From assembly GCF_038025025.1 (NCBI RefSeq), contig NW_027117344.1, forward strand, positions 372,001 to 436,000: 64,000 nt of DNA, written 5' to 3'. Numbering within the stretch: position 1 is the stretch's first letter; the number at the start of each line of letters is the position of its first letter. This DNA is from Phyllosticta citribraziliensis (taxonomy: Eukaryota). Position numbers and translations under genes: made by a program. Under the pieces are notes generated by a model, which saw only the letters and a program-made list of their open reading frames with translations, searched no databases and was not told the DNA's origin. Of the stretch, positions 11,830-24,660 are shown one piece after another.

Positions 11830-13559
11830 ATGCGCGAGATTGTACGTCCCACCCCCGATTCCGCCTTTGTTTTCACGCGTCCCCTGATTGCCCCGCGCCG
11901 TTGCCCAACACACATCCAAACACGACAGCTGCTAACCTGCCTTTTCGCTTCTCTAGGTCCACCTCCAGACCGGCCAATGTGTAAGCTTCTCCCTCTCGCT
12001 CCTTTGCGACCCGACTCAGCTAACTTGGTCCAGGGTAACCAAATTGGTGCCGCTTTCTGGTTCGCAGCCCCCGACGACGGCTTTTCCTGCGCTCCCTACT
12101 GACGCGCGCGCTTCGCAGGCAAACCATCTCTGGCGAGCACGGTCTCGATGGCTCCGGAGTGTAAGTCGACGCGCAATCCCCCACGAGCAACAGCATCCTG
12201 ACATTTTCGACAGCTACAACGGTACCTCCGACCTTCAGCTCGAGCGTATGAACGTCTACTTCAACGAGGTAGGTTCCTAGGCTACGTGATGAGCATCTAG
12301 TGCGAAACTGACACAGATGGGCCAGGCGTCCAACAACAAATATGTCCCCCGTGCCGTTCTCGTCGATCTTGAGCCCGGTACCATGGACGCTGTCCGCGCT
12401 GGTCCCTTTGGCCAGCTCTTCCGCCCCGACAACTTCGTCTTTGGCCAGTCTGGTGCCGGTAACAACTGGGCCAAGGGTCACTACACTGAGGGTGCCGAGC
12501 TGGTCGACCAGGTCCTCGACGTCGTCCGCCGCGAGGCCGAGGGCTGCGACTGCCTCCAGGGTTTCCAGATCACCCACTCTCTTGGTGGTGGTACCGGTGC
12601 CGGTATGGGTACGCTCCTCATTTCCAAGATTCGCGAGGAGTTCCCCGACCGCATGATGGCCACCTTCTCCGTCGTCCCCTCGCCCAAGGTCTCGGACACC
12701 GTTGTTGAGCCTTACAACGCCACCCTGTCCGTCCACCAGCTCGTCGAGAACTCTGACGAGACTTTCTGCATTGACAACGAGGTGAGCGCTGATTTATAAG
12801 CCGGCGAAAATCCCACATTGACTCATTTCGCAGGCCCTCTACGACATTTGCATGAGGACCCTGAAGCTCAGCAACCCCTCGTACGGTGACCTGAACCACC
12901 TCGTCTCCGCCGTCATGTCTGGCGTCACCACTTGCCTGCGTTTCCCCGGTCAGCTCAACTCTGACCTGCGCAAGCTGGCCGTCAACATGGTTCCCTTCCC
13001 TCGTCTCCACTTCTTCATGGTCGGCTTCGCTCCCCTGACCAGCCGTGGCGCCCACTCCTTCCGTGCCGTTACCGTTCCTGAGCTCACCCAGCAAATGTTC
13101 GACCCCAAGAACATGATGGCCGCCTCCGACTTCCGCAACGGCCGCTACCTCACCTGCTCGGCCATCTTCCGCGGCAAGGTCTCCATGAAGGAGGTTGAGG
13201 ACCAGATGCGCAACGTCCAGAACAAGAACTCGTCCTACTTCGTCGAGTGGATCCCCAACAACGTCCAGACCGCTCTCTGCTCCATTCCCCCGCGTGGCCT
13301 CAAGATGTCGTCGACCTTTGTCGGCAACAGCACCTCGATCCAGGAGCTGTTCAAGCGTGTCGGTGACCAGTTCACGGCCATGTTCCGTCGCAAGGCTTTC
13401 TTGCATTGGTACACTGGCGAGGGCATGGACGAGATGGAGTTCACCGAGGCCGAGTCCAACATGAACGACCTGGTGTCTGAGTACCAGCAGTACCAGGAGG
13501 CGTCGGTCTCGGACGCCGAGGAGGAGTACGACGAGGAGGCGCCTCTTGAGGAGGAGTAA
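11830..13559 (+). CDS. TUB2: Beta-tubulin, 7 exons
   Basis: MREI start micro-exon, [20 protein letters not shown] signature, acidic tail; typical fungal benA intron pattern (6 introns). Confidence 0.99.
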
Positions 13560-14511
13560 ACTGGCTACGAAATAGTCTAGTTTACAGGTGTTGGGTTGGG
13601 AAGGGATTGGTTGTGGCCCGCCAAGTTTATCGCCTGGCTTTTTTCTTTTTGACTTACCCCCCCTTCTTGTTTTTAAAAAGGTTAATGCAACTTGCCAACA
13701 ACAACAACAACAAAATGGATTCTTTGCGCGTGTGCAACAGCAGGAGCAGGCGAGTGATTGGCTGGCGCTAGGGTGTACCTACCTAGGTACTTGCGAGCGC
13801 TGCGGCGAAATGAATGCACGCAGGGAGGTGGGTGGACGGCCCGGGCTAGATTATCCAACATATGTCGAGCCTGACCTCTTAGGTTTCTCTCTCTCCTTCG
13901 TCATGCTGTTGTTGCAGCTAGGTGTTGTAGCCGTGGTATTTTTTGTAATTGCTTCTTTTGATTTAATTTGATTTTTGACTTTTGACTTTTGAGTGCTTGG
14001 TTATTTGATTGATCTGCCACATGAGTGCTGCATAAAGTACACATGCGCGACAACGGACTGAAGGTAGGCCAGCCGGCCCGGAGTACCTGTGCAGTATGTA
14101 TGTATGTATCTCTTCTATACCTACATTGCAGACGGATGCGAGGCAATGGCTTGGTTCAATTCGCTCTTTTTCTCTCTTGGAGGTTTTTTCTTGTGTACTA
14201 TGGAAGAAACCCAAAAATTGGGAAGGAAGCAGAGAGTAAATACAGGAATGTGATGTGGTATCTTGCACGTGTTGAAAACGCCGTCCGCCGTCCGCCGTCC
14301 GTCTGTCCGCCAATTACCCCTTCCCGCCCCCGGCTCAATGTCCTTTTTTTTTTTTTTTTGCGTCCATGTCGTTGTTCGTTTGCCTCTTCGTTTACTCGTC
14401 GTCTGTGCGTCTGATCTCTGTCTGGATGTGCGCGCGCACGCCTGTTGAAAGGCGCGTCGAGCGGCGGCATTCGACCCGTCTATCCCCCGCCCCGTCTCGC
14501 CAGCTTGCCGC

Positions 14512-15548
14512 TTACAACTCCTTCTTCCCACTCTCGCTCTCGCCCTTGCCTGCCGCCTGCTGCCTGCTCACCTCCCTCCTCTCATAAATGCCGGCCGTAA
14601 ACGGGTCCTCGTACCTCAGCGCGACGCTGTACGCCAGCCAAACAAACGCCGTCAGGGCGACGCCGGCGGGCTTGCCGTACCAGAGGGCGGTGCCGAGGAA
14701 GGACAGCGTGGAGCCGACGTACATGGGGGCGTCGGTGACGCTGAAGGGGAACGACGTCACGCGGTGATCCATCAGGATGCCGAAGTAGTCGCCCAGGTAG
14801 GTTCCCGTGACGCCGAGCGCGTACATGGACGTGAGGACCAGCGTGTTGCCGGCGGCGAGGAGGGCGAGGGAGGCGAGTTTGGCGACGGGGCTGAGGAGGA
14901 GCGGGTGCGTGGGTTGGTGCGAGAGCGCGGCGTGGTAGCTGTGGTGGTGAGCGTGTGAGCGGGACTGACTGCAAAAGATGGCGGGGAGAGGGTGCGACGA
15001 GGGACGAGGGACGGGGGAGAGTCGAGGACGGCTTACATGTAGTCGCGGATGATGCCGAGCGAAAAGATGGTCACGGCGAGCGCGTAGCACCCGTTGCGCG
15101 AGTTGCCATTGAACAGCCGCGTTATCGTCTTGTTGTGGTATTCTGCGGCGGCGGTCAGCCAGCTGCCTTTCCTCTCTTCCTTCTTTCCCTCCTCCGTCGT
15201 TGTATCTTTTCGGCCGTGGGTGGTGGGCAAGCCAACGTACCTGAGCGTGCCGCAATGCTACCGCCAGACTCCATGTCAGCACTCTAGTCTCCTTCGCTGC
15301 GAGAGAGGGGCGCACTCACTTCCAAAACGTGGGGTTAAAGGCAACGCTGCCAACCGTCACTGTTGTCCCCAGACAGTCAGCACACACACGTACGTCATTG
15401 CTACCAAAGCTCAATCCCCAAGATCTCTTGTGCCAATGCTCCAGTGCGTGAGAGATTTTGTGCATGTGGTGGTAGCTAGGTGGACGGGGGAAGGCCACGT
15501 ACGCCAGAAGCTCGGCTGCGTAATGTCGATGAATTCGGAGAGCGGCAT
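14512..15548 (-). CDS. OPI3: Phospholipid (phosphatidyl-N-methylethanolamine) methyltransferase, ~5 exons including a 17-nt micro-exon
   Basis: AFNPTFWN-IAARSE-YHNK, GTYLGDYFGILM, PMYVGS and YEDPFTAGIY PEMT motifs; canonical GT..AG introns. Confidence 0.9.
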
Positions 15549-16458
15549 GGTGGAAATGTGTGTGGATGGTGGACGAGTCCTTCGTTGACGCTGTACAGGC
15601 ACGTAGTTTGAGGCGAAGTCTACTAATGTGCTCAGGCCGGTTGGACAGAGAAGAGAGTGTGACAATGGTGTCCTGGTGCGGGTGGTTGAATGGCTGCCTG
15701 GAGCAGCAGCTATGCGCTCAATGGATTGGAATTAAGGTTGGGATTGCGGATGTCGTGACAGAGCTAAACGTATGCTTGCAACGAAGAAGCTGGAGGCAGA
15801 CAGAACAAAGGAAGTCTGAGAGAAAGAGGGAAAAACCGGAGAGGTACGAGGTGAGGTTAGGAGGACAAGAGGCGGGCGGGTGGGGATGTGGGGGTGACTG
15901 GCTGCACCTGTGGCGCTGGTGGAGGAACGAACCGGATACGCCCAAGCTCGAGCTGGCGTCACGGCTCCAAGCTGTGGTGGGGTGGGTACCTTACCAAACC
16001 ACTACTAATGCTAACCACAACTTCGACATCATCGAATTCATGGGATCACCTTGTCCGCACTCTTGGACCACACGCTCGACGCTCAGGTCATCCCGCCACG
16101 CCTTGAACTGCACCAGCGAGATGGCAAACAACCGTCAGCCGAGGGATCTCCAGCTTCAGCCCAAACCTGCCCCTCGAAGCTCACCTGAATCTACAACGAA
16201 AAAGCCGCGCAACACGACCCACTTCCCAGGCGCCTGTCGGACACGCAGCAGTTCCTGCAGCAAGAGCAGGACAAACCGAGCGAAGTTGCGGCACACATAG
16301 CCGGACACACAATGGAAATACAGGTCAAGAGGTCGAATACACGACCACAAGAGGCCGCAACCGCTGGTTGAACATAGCGACATCCGTTTCATTGCCCATG
16401 AGAAGCTTTCACCAAGGCAGAAAGATTGACTTTAATTGGTCTCCTAGTCGTTCTGCCC

Positions 16459-17870
16459 TCATTCTGCCTGTCCGTATGTCGCTACCCACGGCTCGTAACC
16501 CGCATTCAGGAAAATCCTTTGAATCTGGCGTCTCCTTACACCAACATTGCCGCCATCAAAGAGCGGCAGGACCATGGCCTCGTTCAGCAACTTGGCAAAG
16601 GGTTGGTCTTTTGCGTACGAAGTTCTGTTCTCACATCGGCATCAGCAATCCACACACGCACAGCATCGTTCGAACACGAAAAGAGGAGGGAGAAAAAAAG
16701 GGGGAAAACGTACATGCCGACGGCCTTCATCGCATCAACGACGCTCTGCACCGACGCCTCGCTCGAGTAGATTTTGGCCTGCAGCGCCAACTCGAGCCTG
16801 GCCTTCCAATCGCCAGGCCCCTTCTCCAGCGCATGCAGCGCCTTCCACGTCAGCAGCCTGCTCGTCTCGGTCCGCATCTTGACGTCCATCAGCAAGTCGG
16901 CGACGCTCTGCCGCTCCAGAATCGGCACGCTGCCGCCCCTGCTGTCGTCCTTGGCGAACTTGATGGCCGCGTCGAATGCCGCGCGCATGATGCCCACGCC
17001 CATGGCGCCCACCAGCGCCGCCGACGTGCCGAACGTCTGCTCGACGACTTGTGCGCCTGTTCCTGGTGGACACAGTAGGTTGGCGTGCGGGACGCGCAGC
17101 CCCGTGAACCGGCTGTGCGGGCCCGACGTCGAGCGGAAGCCAGCGAGCTCCGGCTCGTCGAGGACCTGATACGCGTCGGGCGGATTCGCCGCAATCACGG
17201 CCGGCGTGACCAGCAAGATGAGCACGTCGTCGGCTGGGTCGCGATCAGGATCTTGTGGACCGGCGTTGGCGTCTTCGTCGTCGCGGACGTACCGACACAC
17301 GACGCACTGCAGCTGCGCGCCGCGGCCGTCCCACCCGCCACTGTTCGTCGTCCACAGCTTTTCCCCGTCGACAATCCACTCGTTGCCCTCGCGCCGCGCC
17401 GTCGTGGCCAGTCCCCGCGCGCCCTTCTCCAGCCAATTCGCCGTCCCGCGCGGCTCCGAGTGCACAAACGACGCCAGCGGCTCTCCCTCCAGGCCGTCGT
17501 CCAAGAAGGGCGCCAGGAGCCTCCCCCGCTGCTCTTCGCTCCCCGCCAGAAACAGCGGCGTGAGGCCTAGCCCCGTCCCCAGAAGTGTCAGCGCGGCCGA
17601 CGGCTCGACCGCGTACAGCTCCTCCACGACGAGCGCGGCGTCGAGCAGGCTGGCCGCCGTGCCGCCCAACGCGGCGGGGATCTGGGCTTTGAGGAGGCCG
17701 GCGCGCGCCGCGGCGCTGTAGACGGGGCGCGTCGAGCGGAAGCGCGTGAGTTGGGTGGATTGCGATGGTGGAGGGTGGAGTGAGGGGACGGTTGAGAGGT
17801 GCGTCTGCGCGAAGGAGGCGGCGGCGGCGCGGAGGGCGTGTTGGGAGGGCGAGAGGGCGAAGTCGATCAT
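16459..17870 (-). CDS. Nitroalkane oxidase-like flavoprotein (acyl-CoA dehydrogenase superfamily), 2 exons
   Basis: MIDFALSPSQ, HSEPRGTANW, GEKLWTTNSGGWD; after intron 16625-16713 the last exon reads PLFDGGNVGVRRR, the NAO catalytic-Asp motif. Confidence 0.88.
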
Positions 17871-19418
17871 GGCGGCGGAGAGGACTGAGGATGTTGATGG
17901 TGTTGAGAGGGGGGTTTGCAATGGCGACAGCAAGATGGGTAAGACTTACATAGCTATATACCATGTATGTACATATGTACATCCATCTCACATCAGCCTA
18001 CCTACGGATCTACCTACAGATCCACCTATCTCTCAAGTCTCAACATCTACGTATACCTACACAGCCTCCCTCATGCACATCACGTCCCAAGTCCCAACAC
18101 CCCAACCCAACCATCTGCTGCCTGCCTACATGCCCCACACCCGGCGGACGATCTCCTCGGAGACCATCTCCATCTCCCTCCATGACTCCCCAACGAACAT
18201 CGTCGGCCCGGCTGGCCGGCCGGCTACGATAGACGGCAATCGGCCAGCAGCGACAACCTACCTACCTACCTACCTCAGCAACTTACCTCAGCAAGCGAGC
18301 AAGCAAGGAAGCCAGCACCACCACCACCGTCATTCATTCTGCCAGGCGGCCAGCCAAGGCGCACCACATGCGATCTATATGAGTCATGCTGTCAACGTCC
18401 AAGCAACCAAGCATCCAAGCATCCAAGCAACGCGAAGCCTTTCCCTCCCTCCCTCTTCCGCCTTGTCTTACTGTGTTTGGCTGCCATGCCCGGCGCGGCG
18501 TGGCGCCTTTGCTTGGCTTATGATGGCATGGCTTACTTTTGATGGCGAGGTACATGTAAAAGCATGTGTTGGAGTTTTAAGTGCGAGTTCGCCGAGGGGA
18601 GAAAGGATAGGTGGGTGGATGGTGAGGATGCGGACAAATGAATACATAAACCAGAGAGTAAGCTTGAGAAAGCGAGGAACGTATGACATTACAGCAGCCA
18701 GCAGGCCTACATATCAGGCGCATGCACACATGCATACATACAAACACCAAGGGAGGAATCGTCAAATCATCAAAAACCATCAAACCAAATCAACTCCACA
18801 AACCAACCACCTTCACAAACTGACCTCACCAGCCACCCCCAATTCATTCCAACTCCTCGTTCCAGTGGGAAAAGTCCCATTATCCCATCATTCCTATCAT
18901 TCCCATTTTATGTACCATCACGAACCCCATGCCTGAAGCAGGGTACGGTAGCGATCTGTCTACCGATCCCATCATCAGATTCCCTGCCTTCTCCCATTTC
19001 CTATCCAGACCGTACCAGACCGTAGACCCCCTAAACACCGAAGCCGAATCGAGACCGAATCGAGATGCTGAAATCCGCCCGCCTGTCCGTCCGTCCGACC
19101 GTCCGAAAACCGTTTTTTGGCAAGGAAAAAGAGTAAGGAAAAGAGAGAGGTTGTTGGAGAGAGAGGGGAGATGTCGAGTTGGTGGGTTGTGTAGACGTGT
19201 TGATTATCGACGTATGGGGGGTGTTATCGTCATGTCATGTCGTTACAGCGTGCTTGAATGAGGTAGGTAGTCTTTGATCTCTGTCTGAATGGTCCGTCTG
19301 TCTCTACTCTTGCCGTCTTGCCAGGCACGACGTGAATTCAAGAGAACAGCAAGGCAAGCAGGGGAAAGAAAAGAGGGGTTGACGCAAGGCGGGGAGAAAG
19401 GGTAACGAACGAGGGCAC

Positions 19419-21142
19419 TCAGAGGCCGTTGTCCGCGCAGGAAAAGGCGCCGCCGTACGACGCCTTCTTGTAGCCGTCGACAATGTCCTGGACCGAGGCA
19501 TACGTGCCGGCGCTCAAAAACAAGAAGCCAATGGCGATGAGGACGACGTTGACGGACGCGCCCACGGGACCGCGCCAGCCGCGAGTCTTCCAAAAGTCCG
19601 GGCCGTGGTCGGCCTTGCGCATGCGCAGGTACGCGACGCCCCAGAAGATGAAGCCGAAGAAGGAGTCGAAGAGGGAGCTCATGAGCGAGAGGAGGTCCGA
19701 GAAGAAGGGGATGACTTCGGCGATGATGAAGGCCAGGACCCACAGCACGGCGAGGATGAGGCCCCACGCCAGCCAGCCGACCAGCGTGTGGTCGCCCATG
19801 TGGCGCGTGCCGGCGAAGAAGCGGAAGAAGACGAAGCGCGCGCTGACGGACGCGTACAGCACGCCCAGGAAGATGATGGTCGGGATCATGAAGGAGAAGG
19901 ACACCTTCTTGTACATCTCGTTGCCCAGGCTGCCAAACGCCGGCGACGTCATGTAGGCAGTGCCCGTGTAGGCGTAGATGATGGCGCCCACCAGCGAAAA
20001 GACGATGACTTCGGCAATGGTGACGGCCCACAGGGCCTTGGGAAAGTCGCGGGGGTTCTTCATTTCGGCGATGAAGGAGGGAATCGTGATTTGGCCGATG
20101 AAGGTGTAGCTAATGTTCATAAAGGCATTCATGCCGAGGACGAAGCTCGTGCCCTTGACCGGAATGGCGTGGACCTCGATGGGGCCGAGCGAAGGATAGC
20201 CCGTCGGGTGGTCCTCGATGCCGGCGAAGATGGTGGCCAGTAGGACGGAAATGAAGGTGAAGAAGGCAGAGAAGGTGGCGAGCTGAGCAAGGGTCGAAAA
20301 GGTACGAGGGAGGGAGCAGAGCCAGGAGATGAGGGCCACGATGGCGGAGAAGCCGACAGTGCAGATGCTGTGGTTGGACATGGTGTTGAGGTACTTGGCG
20401 CCAACCAGACAGTGCAGGCCCTGGATGAAGGTATTGTTCAGCAGAAACATGACGGCAGTGAACCACCAGGCCCATTTGCCGCCGAAGAGCATCTGGCCAA
20501 TGTCGCAGACATCCTTAATTTCTGGATGGCGAAGGCAGAATTCCCTAGAAGGCGGTCAGCGGAGTGGTGGTGGTTGAGCGATTGGCTAGAAACTGACCAG
20601 ACTATCAGGGACGTGTAGAGCACCAGACCGGCCACGACAAGGGTCAAGATTAGACCAGGGACCAAACCGAGAACGGCGTAGGAGTTGGGGAAGGACATGA
20701 TGGCCAGGCAAATGTACTCGGAAAACAGCAGGGCAGCCGTCTACGGCGCGCAGTTAGCGAATGTTCAACATTAGCAAGCGAATTGATGTACCTTGGGCCA
20801 AGAGCAGGTGCGGTACTTGATGGCATTGTCCGACTCGAGCTCAATCTGCTTGCCAACGCTAATGGTGCTCGAAGTGTCCGAGTCAGGCGGCTGCTGGCCA
20901 TTGATCGGTTTGGCAACGGGGCCGCCGATGCGGGCACCCACGCGGGGCGGGCCCTGGTTTTCAGCGTCGCGGCCAATGTCGTCGTCCTCGAAGGCATCTC
21001 CGGCGGCCAGTTTGGTCTTTGCGCGCAGCGAATCCATGTCTTTTTTCTCGGGCTTGGGCGAGGATGCAGACTCGGAGGAGTTGGGGTTGGAGTTGGTTGA
21101 ATTGTTGTTGTTGTTGCGAGAGGAGCCGAAGCCTAACGCCAT
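19419..21142 (-). CDS. Neutral amino-acid permease (Aa_trans / Mtr-like), 3 exons
   Basis: IKYRTCSW..SEYICLAIMSFP, FIGQITIPSFIAEMKNPRDFPKAL, IPFFSDLLSLMSSLF; many hydrophobic segments. Confidence 0.9.
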
Positions 21143-22674
21143 TTTACCAGTCGAATGGCCTGAAGGAGAGGCGTGTAGTAGAAGGGTCTGCGACTGGAGG
21201 CCGTCGGCAGCATGAACGACAGCTTCTAATAAAACTGACGGGGTCGGGGGTCAGCGCGCAACGAGGTTTGCCGCTCGTGTACGTGCTGGGGAGGCAATGG
21301 GGTCAGGTCTGGGCGAGGCGAGGTCGGATTGGGGGTGGGAGTGAAAAATGGGACGTGGATGGGATAGGCATTGGATTTAAAGCAAAAGGTTGTGTCTAGT
21401 CCGGTAGGGTAGGGCGTTGGATGGCGTGCTAGGCCGTGGCCAGCGAATGGCGGCGCAGGGAAGCACGATGGGTCGTCAAACAAAGCCGGAGCGAGCGCAT
21501 GCTTTGGGCCAAGGGTACAATACTCGCCCAAGGACTCCCCACCGAACGCATGCAAGCACTGCATTCCTTCTGTCACTACTGTACTCTTCTCGGGGCTCCC
21601 GACGGCCAGGTCTCCACTCCACGCGCAACTCTCGCCTCCGCGCTGTTGGGGCCAATTCTTCACTCGAGACCTCTCTCTCCCGCTCCACCAGCCTTGTCCT
21701 CTGCCGCCCCAACGTCACATGGAGCAGGGTCCCGCGCCCTTTTACCTCTGCGTCCCTCGTCCCTCGGACATGTACTGTGCGTACGTGTTCTACTTTCTGG
21801 TCGTGTCCTGCACGATACAGTGGCGGCCTCCCTAGTCGACGGGCCAGCCGCCGCCGCCGTCAGGTCAGCCCAGCCCGGAAAACACCACCACCACTACCAC
21901 CACCACCAACATCATCCCCTCCTCTCAGCGCCGCCCGCGTCACAGAGCTGTCAGACGGCTCCGCTGCTGCTAAGCTTTGTTTCCCGATCACCTGCATCGC
22001 TTGATTGCTTGTCTCGACTAGGAAGCCACCGTCGTCCATCTCCTGCGCCCGCCAATCAGCCATCATCACATTGTGCGCCTCCTTGTCTTGCCGTGTACAT
22101 GTGCAGTGCGTCCAAGCCTCAGGCAGCCAGTCACATCCCGGATACTTTTTTTTTTTTTTTTTTTTTAAATTCCTTCGTTGCAACATGTCTTCTAGGCAGG
22201 CAACAGGCTGAAGGGCTGACGGGTGCAACTTGATAGATAGATAGACAGATAGGTAGGCAGAAGCGTGATTGGGCATCGCCGGCTGCTCATGTCCTCGGGC
22301 CTACACTGCAGCAGCACACCACTACCTTTCCGCAGCTACGCAGCCATTGGTCTACACGTGCGCCTCCTCTCATCGTTCAGTGCTCACTCGCCCCGTGGCG
22401 CCACCTTTCTTTGCTGCTCCGAGCACCCGCAATGGTTTTAGATTGACCACCTGCTGCTAGCGTGGCCGGCACTGTCATGGCAGACAGCGTTTGCTGGCAA
22501 GACAGCTGCCACCTGTTTTGTCCGGTTTCCAACGCTATCCCCTCTAAACCCTTTGCGTGCTAGCCCACGCTCCCCGGACGCCGTCTGCGGCATCCCCAGG
22601 TCCCGCCTGCCGGCAGATGGACGCTCCACGCCGGCTCCTGGTCCCGATCGAAACGACACCATGGCACCTCAGCC

Positions 22675-24248
22675 CTAGTCCTCGTCTTCCTCGTCCACCA
22701 CCCGCCGACGCTTCGACCTCGAAGATGCCACGACTTCCTCTTCGTCGTCCTCGTCTTGCTCCGCGTGGCCTCGTTTGGGGCTGTCCCGCCTCGACGGCCT
22801 GTGTGCCTCAATACCCTCGTCAATGTCCTCCTCCTCATCAATCTCTGGCTCTTCGTCACTGCCCGCGATAAAGTCATCCTCCTCGTCGTATTCGTCTTCC
22901 CTCGTCCTCCTGCGCCCTTGAAAGTCTTCGTCGTCGCTGTACTCGTCACGCCTGGCACGGTTTGGCTTGGAACGCCTCGATCCTCCCTCTTCGTCGTGGC
23001 CACTGTTGCCAGCCCTGTATCCTCCGTATCCGCCGCTGCGACTCAGTCCGCTGCGTCCAAACGCTCTGTTGTCCCTCTCGCGACGACGCTCTTCCTGTCG
23101 CTCCCTGAGACGCAGTTGCTTCTCCCGTTCCTTCTCAAGCACTTCAGCCTGCCTCTTCTTCTCCTCGGGATCTTCCTGCAGACTGAAGACTGTGGCACCG
23201 ACACCTTGGCGGGCGTTGGCCGCTGCTGCCAAGCTCGCCTGCAGTCTTTCAAGCGCATCATCCGAAGCTCCTCGCGCCGGCATCAGCGTCAACCCTGCCG
23301 TGACCTTGTTGGTGACGCGCACCGTCTGCAGAGTCGGGTGGGGAGAGCAAAGGTAGGTGAATGAGTCTCGCGAGGGATCGTAGGCCGTCGAGCCACCTCG
23401 GCGGTCCTTGACGGCAGTCGGCGTGGGCTTCGGCGGGTTGTGCTGGGGAGGGGCGAGTGGCTTGGCGTCGAATTCGTACTGGTTGAGAGGGTCGGAGCCG
23501 AGTTGGAGCGTGAGCGAGCCGTCGGACCAGCGAAGGACACGGGCATTCGATTGGATCTGAGACGGGTCGGAAGGCGAATGGCGCCAGCGGAGTGTCGTTT
23601 GGGCTGTCTTGTAGGAGGAAAAGGTCTCGGAGGGCTCCGTTTTGGAGTGGTGGTCTGTCGTCGGAGGCTGCCACTTTTCCAGAACGAAGCTCTTGGGCTC
23701 AAAAGCCATGAATTGGGGGACCTTGAGGAGATAGAGCTATGTCTGGGTCAGCGAAGCCGTTGCGCAGGATTGCGGTGGAGTTACCTCGTTGTCGCTCGAT
23801 CGTGGCACGGGATGTCGGGGGATGGAAATGTCCAAGACTTTTTGCTCAGTGTCTTCCAGCTCCTGATCGGGCTGGCTCTGGATGCGATCGCGGCGGTCCA
23901 TGTCATCGCCCGAGTCGAGCTCCTCATCGTTCAAGTTGCGCTCCGCGCTGTAGAGAGTTAGCTGGAATGAGGCGCAACAAGACAAGTGACAAACGCAGTC
24001 TGGTCCTCGGCCTGGTCGTCTCCGTCTTCGCCAAAGAGATCATCCTCATCACCAAGGTCGGGCTCGTCGTCGTTGAGGTCGCCATTGTCAGGCGCGCTTG
24101 CGGCAGCCCTGCGCTTGGTCACAACATTGTCGTCGTCTTCGTCGTCGTCGTTTTGGGAAGCGTGCGGGTTGGCAGACTCGACTGCGCCATTGGTCTCGAC
24201 GTCGTCGTCGTCAAAGAGGTCGCCATTTTCAGAGGCGGCGTCGGACAT
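22675..24248 (-). CDS. LEO1: Paf1 complex subunit Leo1, multi-exon
   Basis: LRWR..QSNARVLRWSDGSLTLQ Leo1 signature; acidic N- and C-termini; introns near 23735-23783 and ~23950-23995. Confidence 0.9.
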
Positions 24249-24660
24249 GGTTGCGGTGGAACGGATGGGGGAGAGGGAGGGCAGCTGTCTGTAGCTGTAG
24301 CTTTCCTTGGATCTTGGCTGGCGGCGCGTTGTTCAGATCCATGGCCGACGCGCCCAGACCAGACCAAAGCATCGGGGACGCAGCGGAGCGGACCAAAGTT
24401 GATGCGGGCGGCGATGTGTTGCCTGAGGGCCTGAGGCTGGACTGGGTTGGCGGGCGGCCTTCGCTCCCCTGACGGTGAAACGCTTGGGGTGAAGCAAGCC
24501 CTTGAACGCCTGCTCTACTCCTACCACCTCGACTCTTCTCTCCTCTCTCCCCTCTCCCCTCTCTTTGCCTCTCTGCTCGACCAAACACCGCTGTCAATTC
24601 CTCCTCCGTCCATCCTCCACGCCCTCTCCTCCATCTGCCAAGATTTCCGCCTTCGCTTCA

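Noticed and set aside
12020..13406. Long antisense ORFs over TUB2 (likewise over SAH1, eIF3h, VRP1, PPR)
   Set aside because: Expected shadows of strong GC3 codon bias.
17746..18936. 396-aa + strand ORF
   Set aside because: Non-ATG start; it crosses microsatellite-rich promoter DNA and is partly antisense to NAO.
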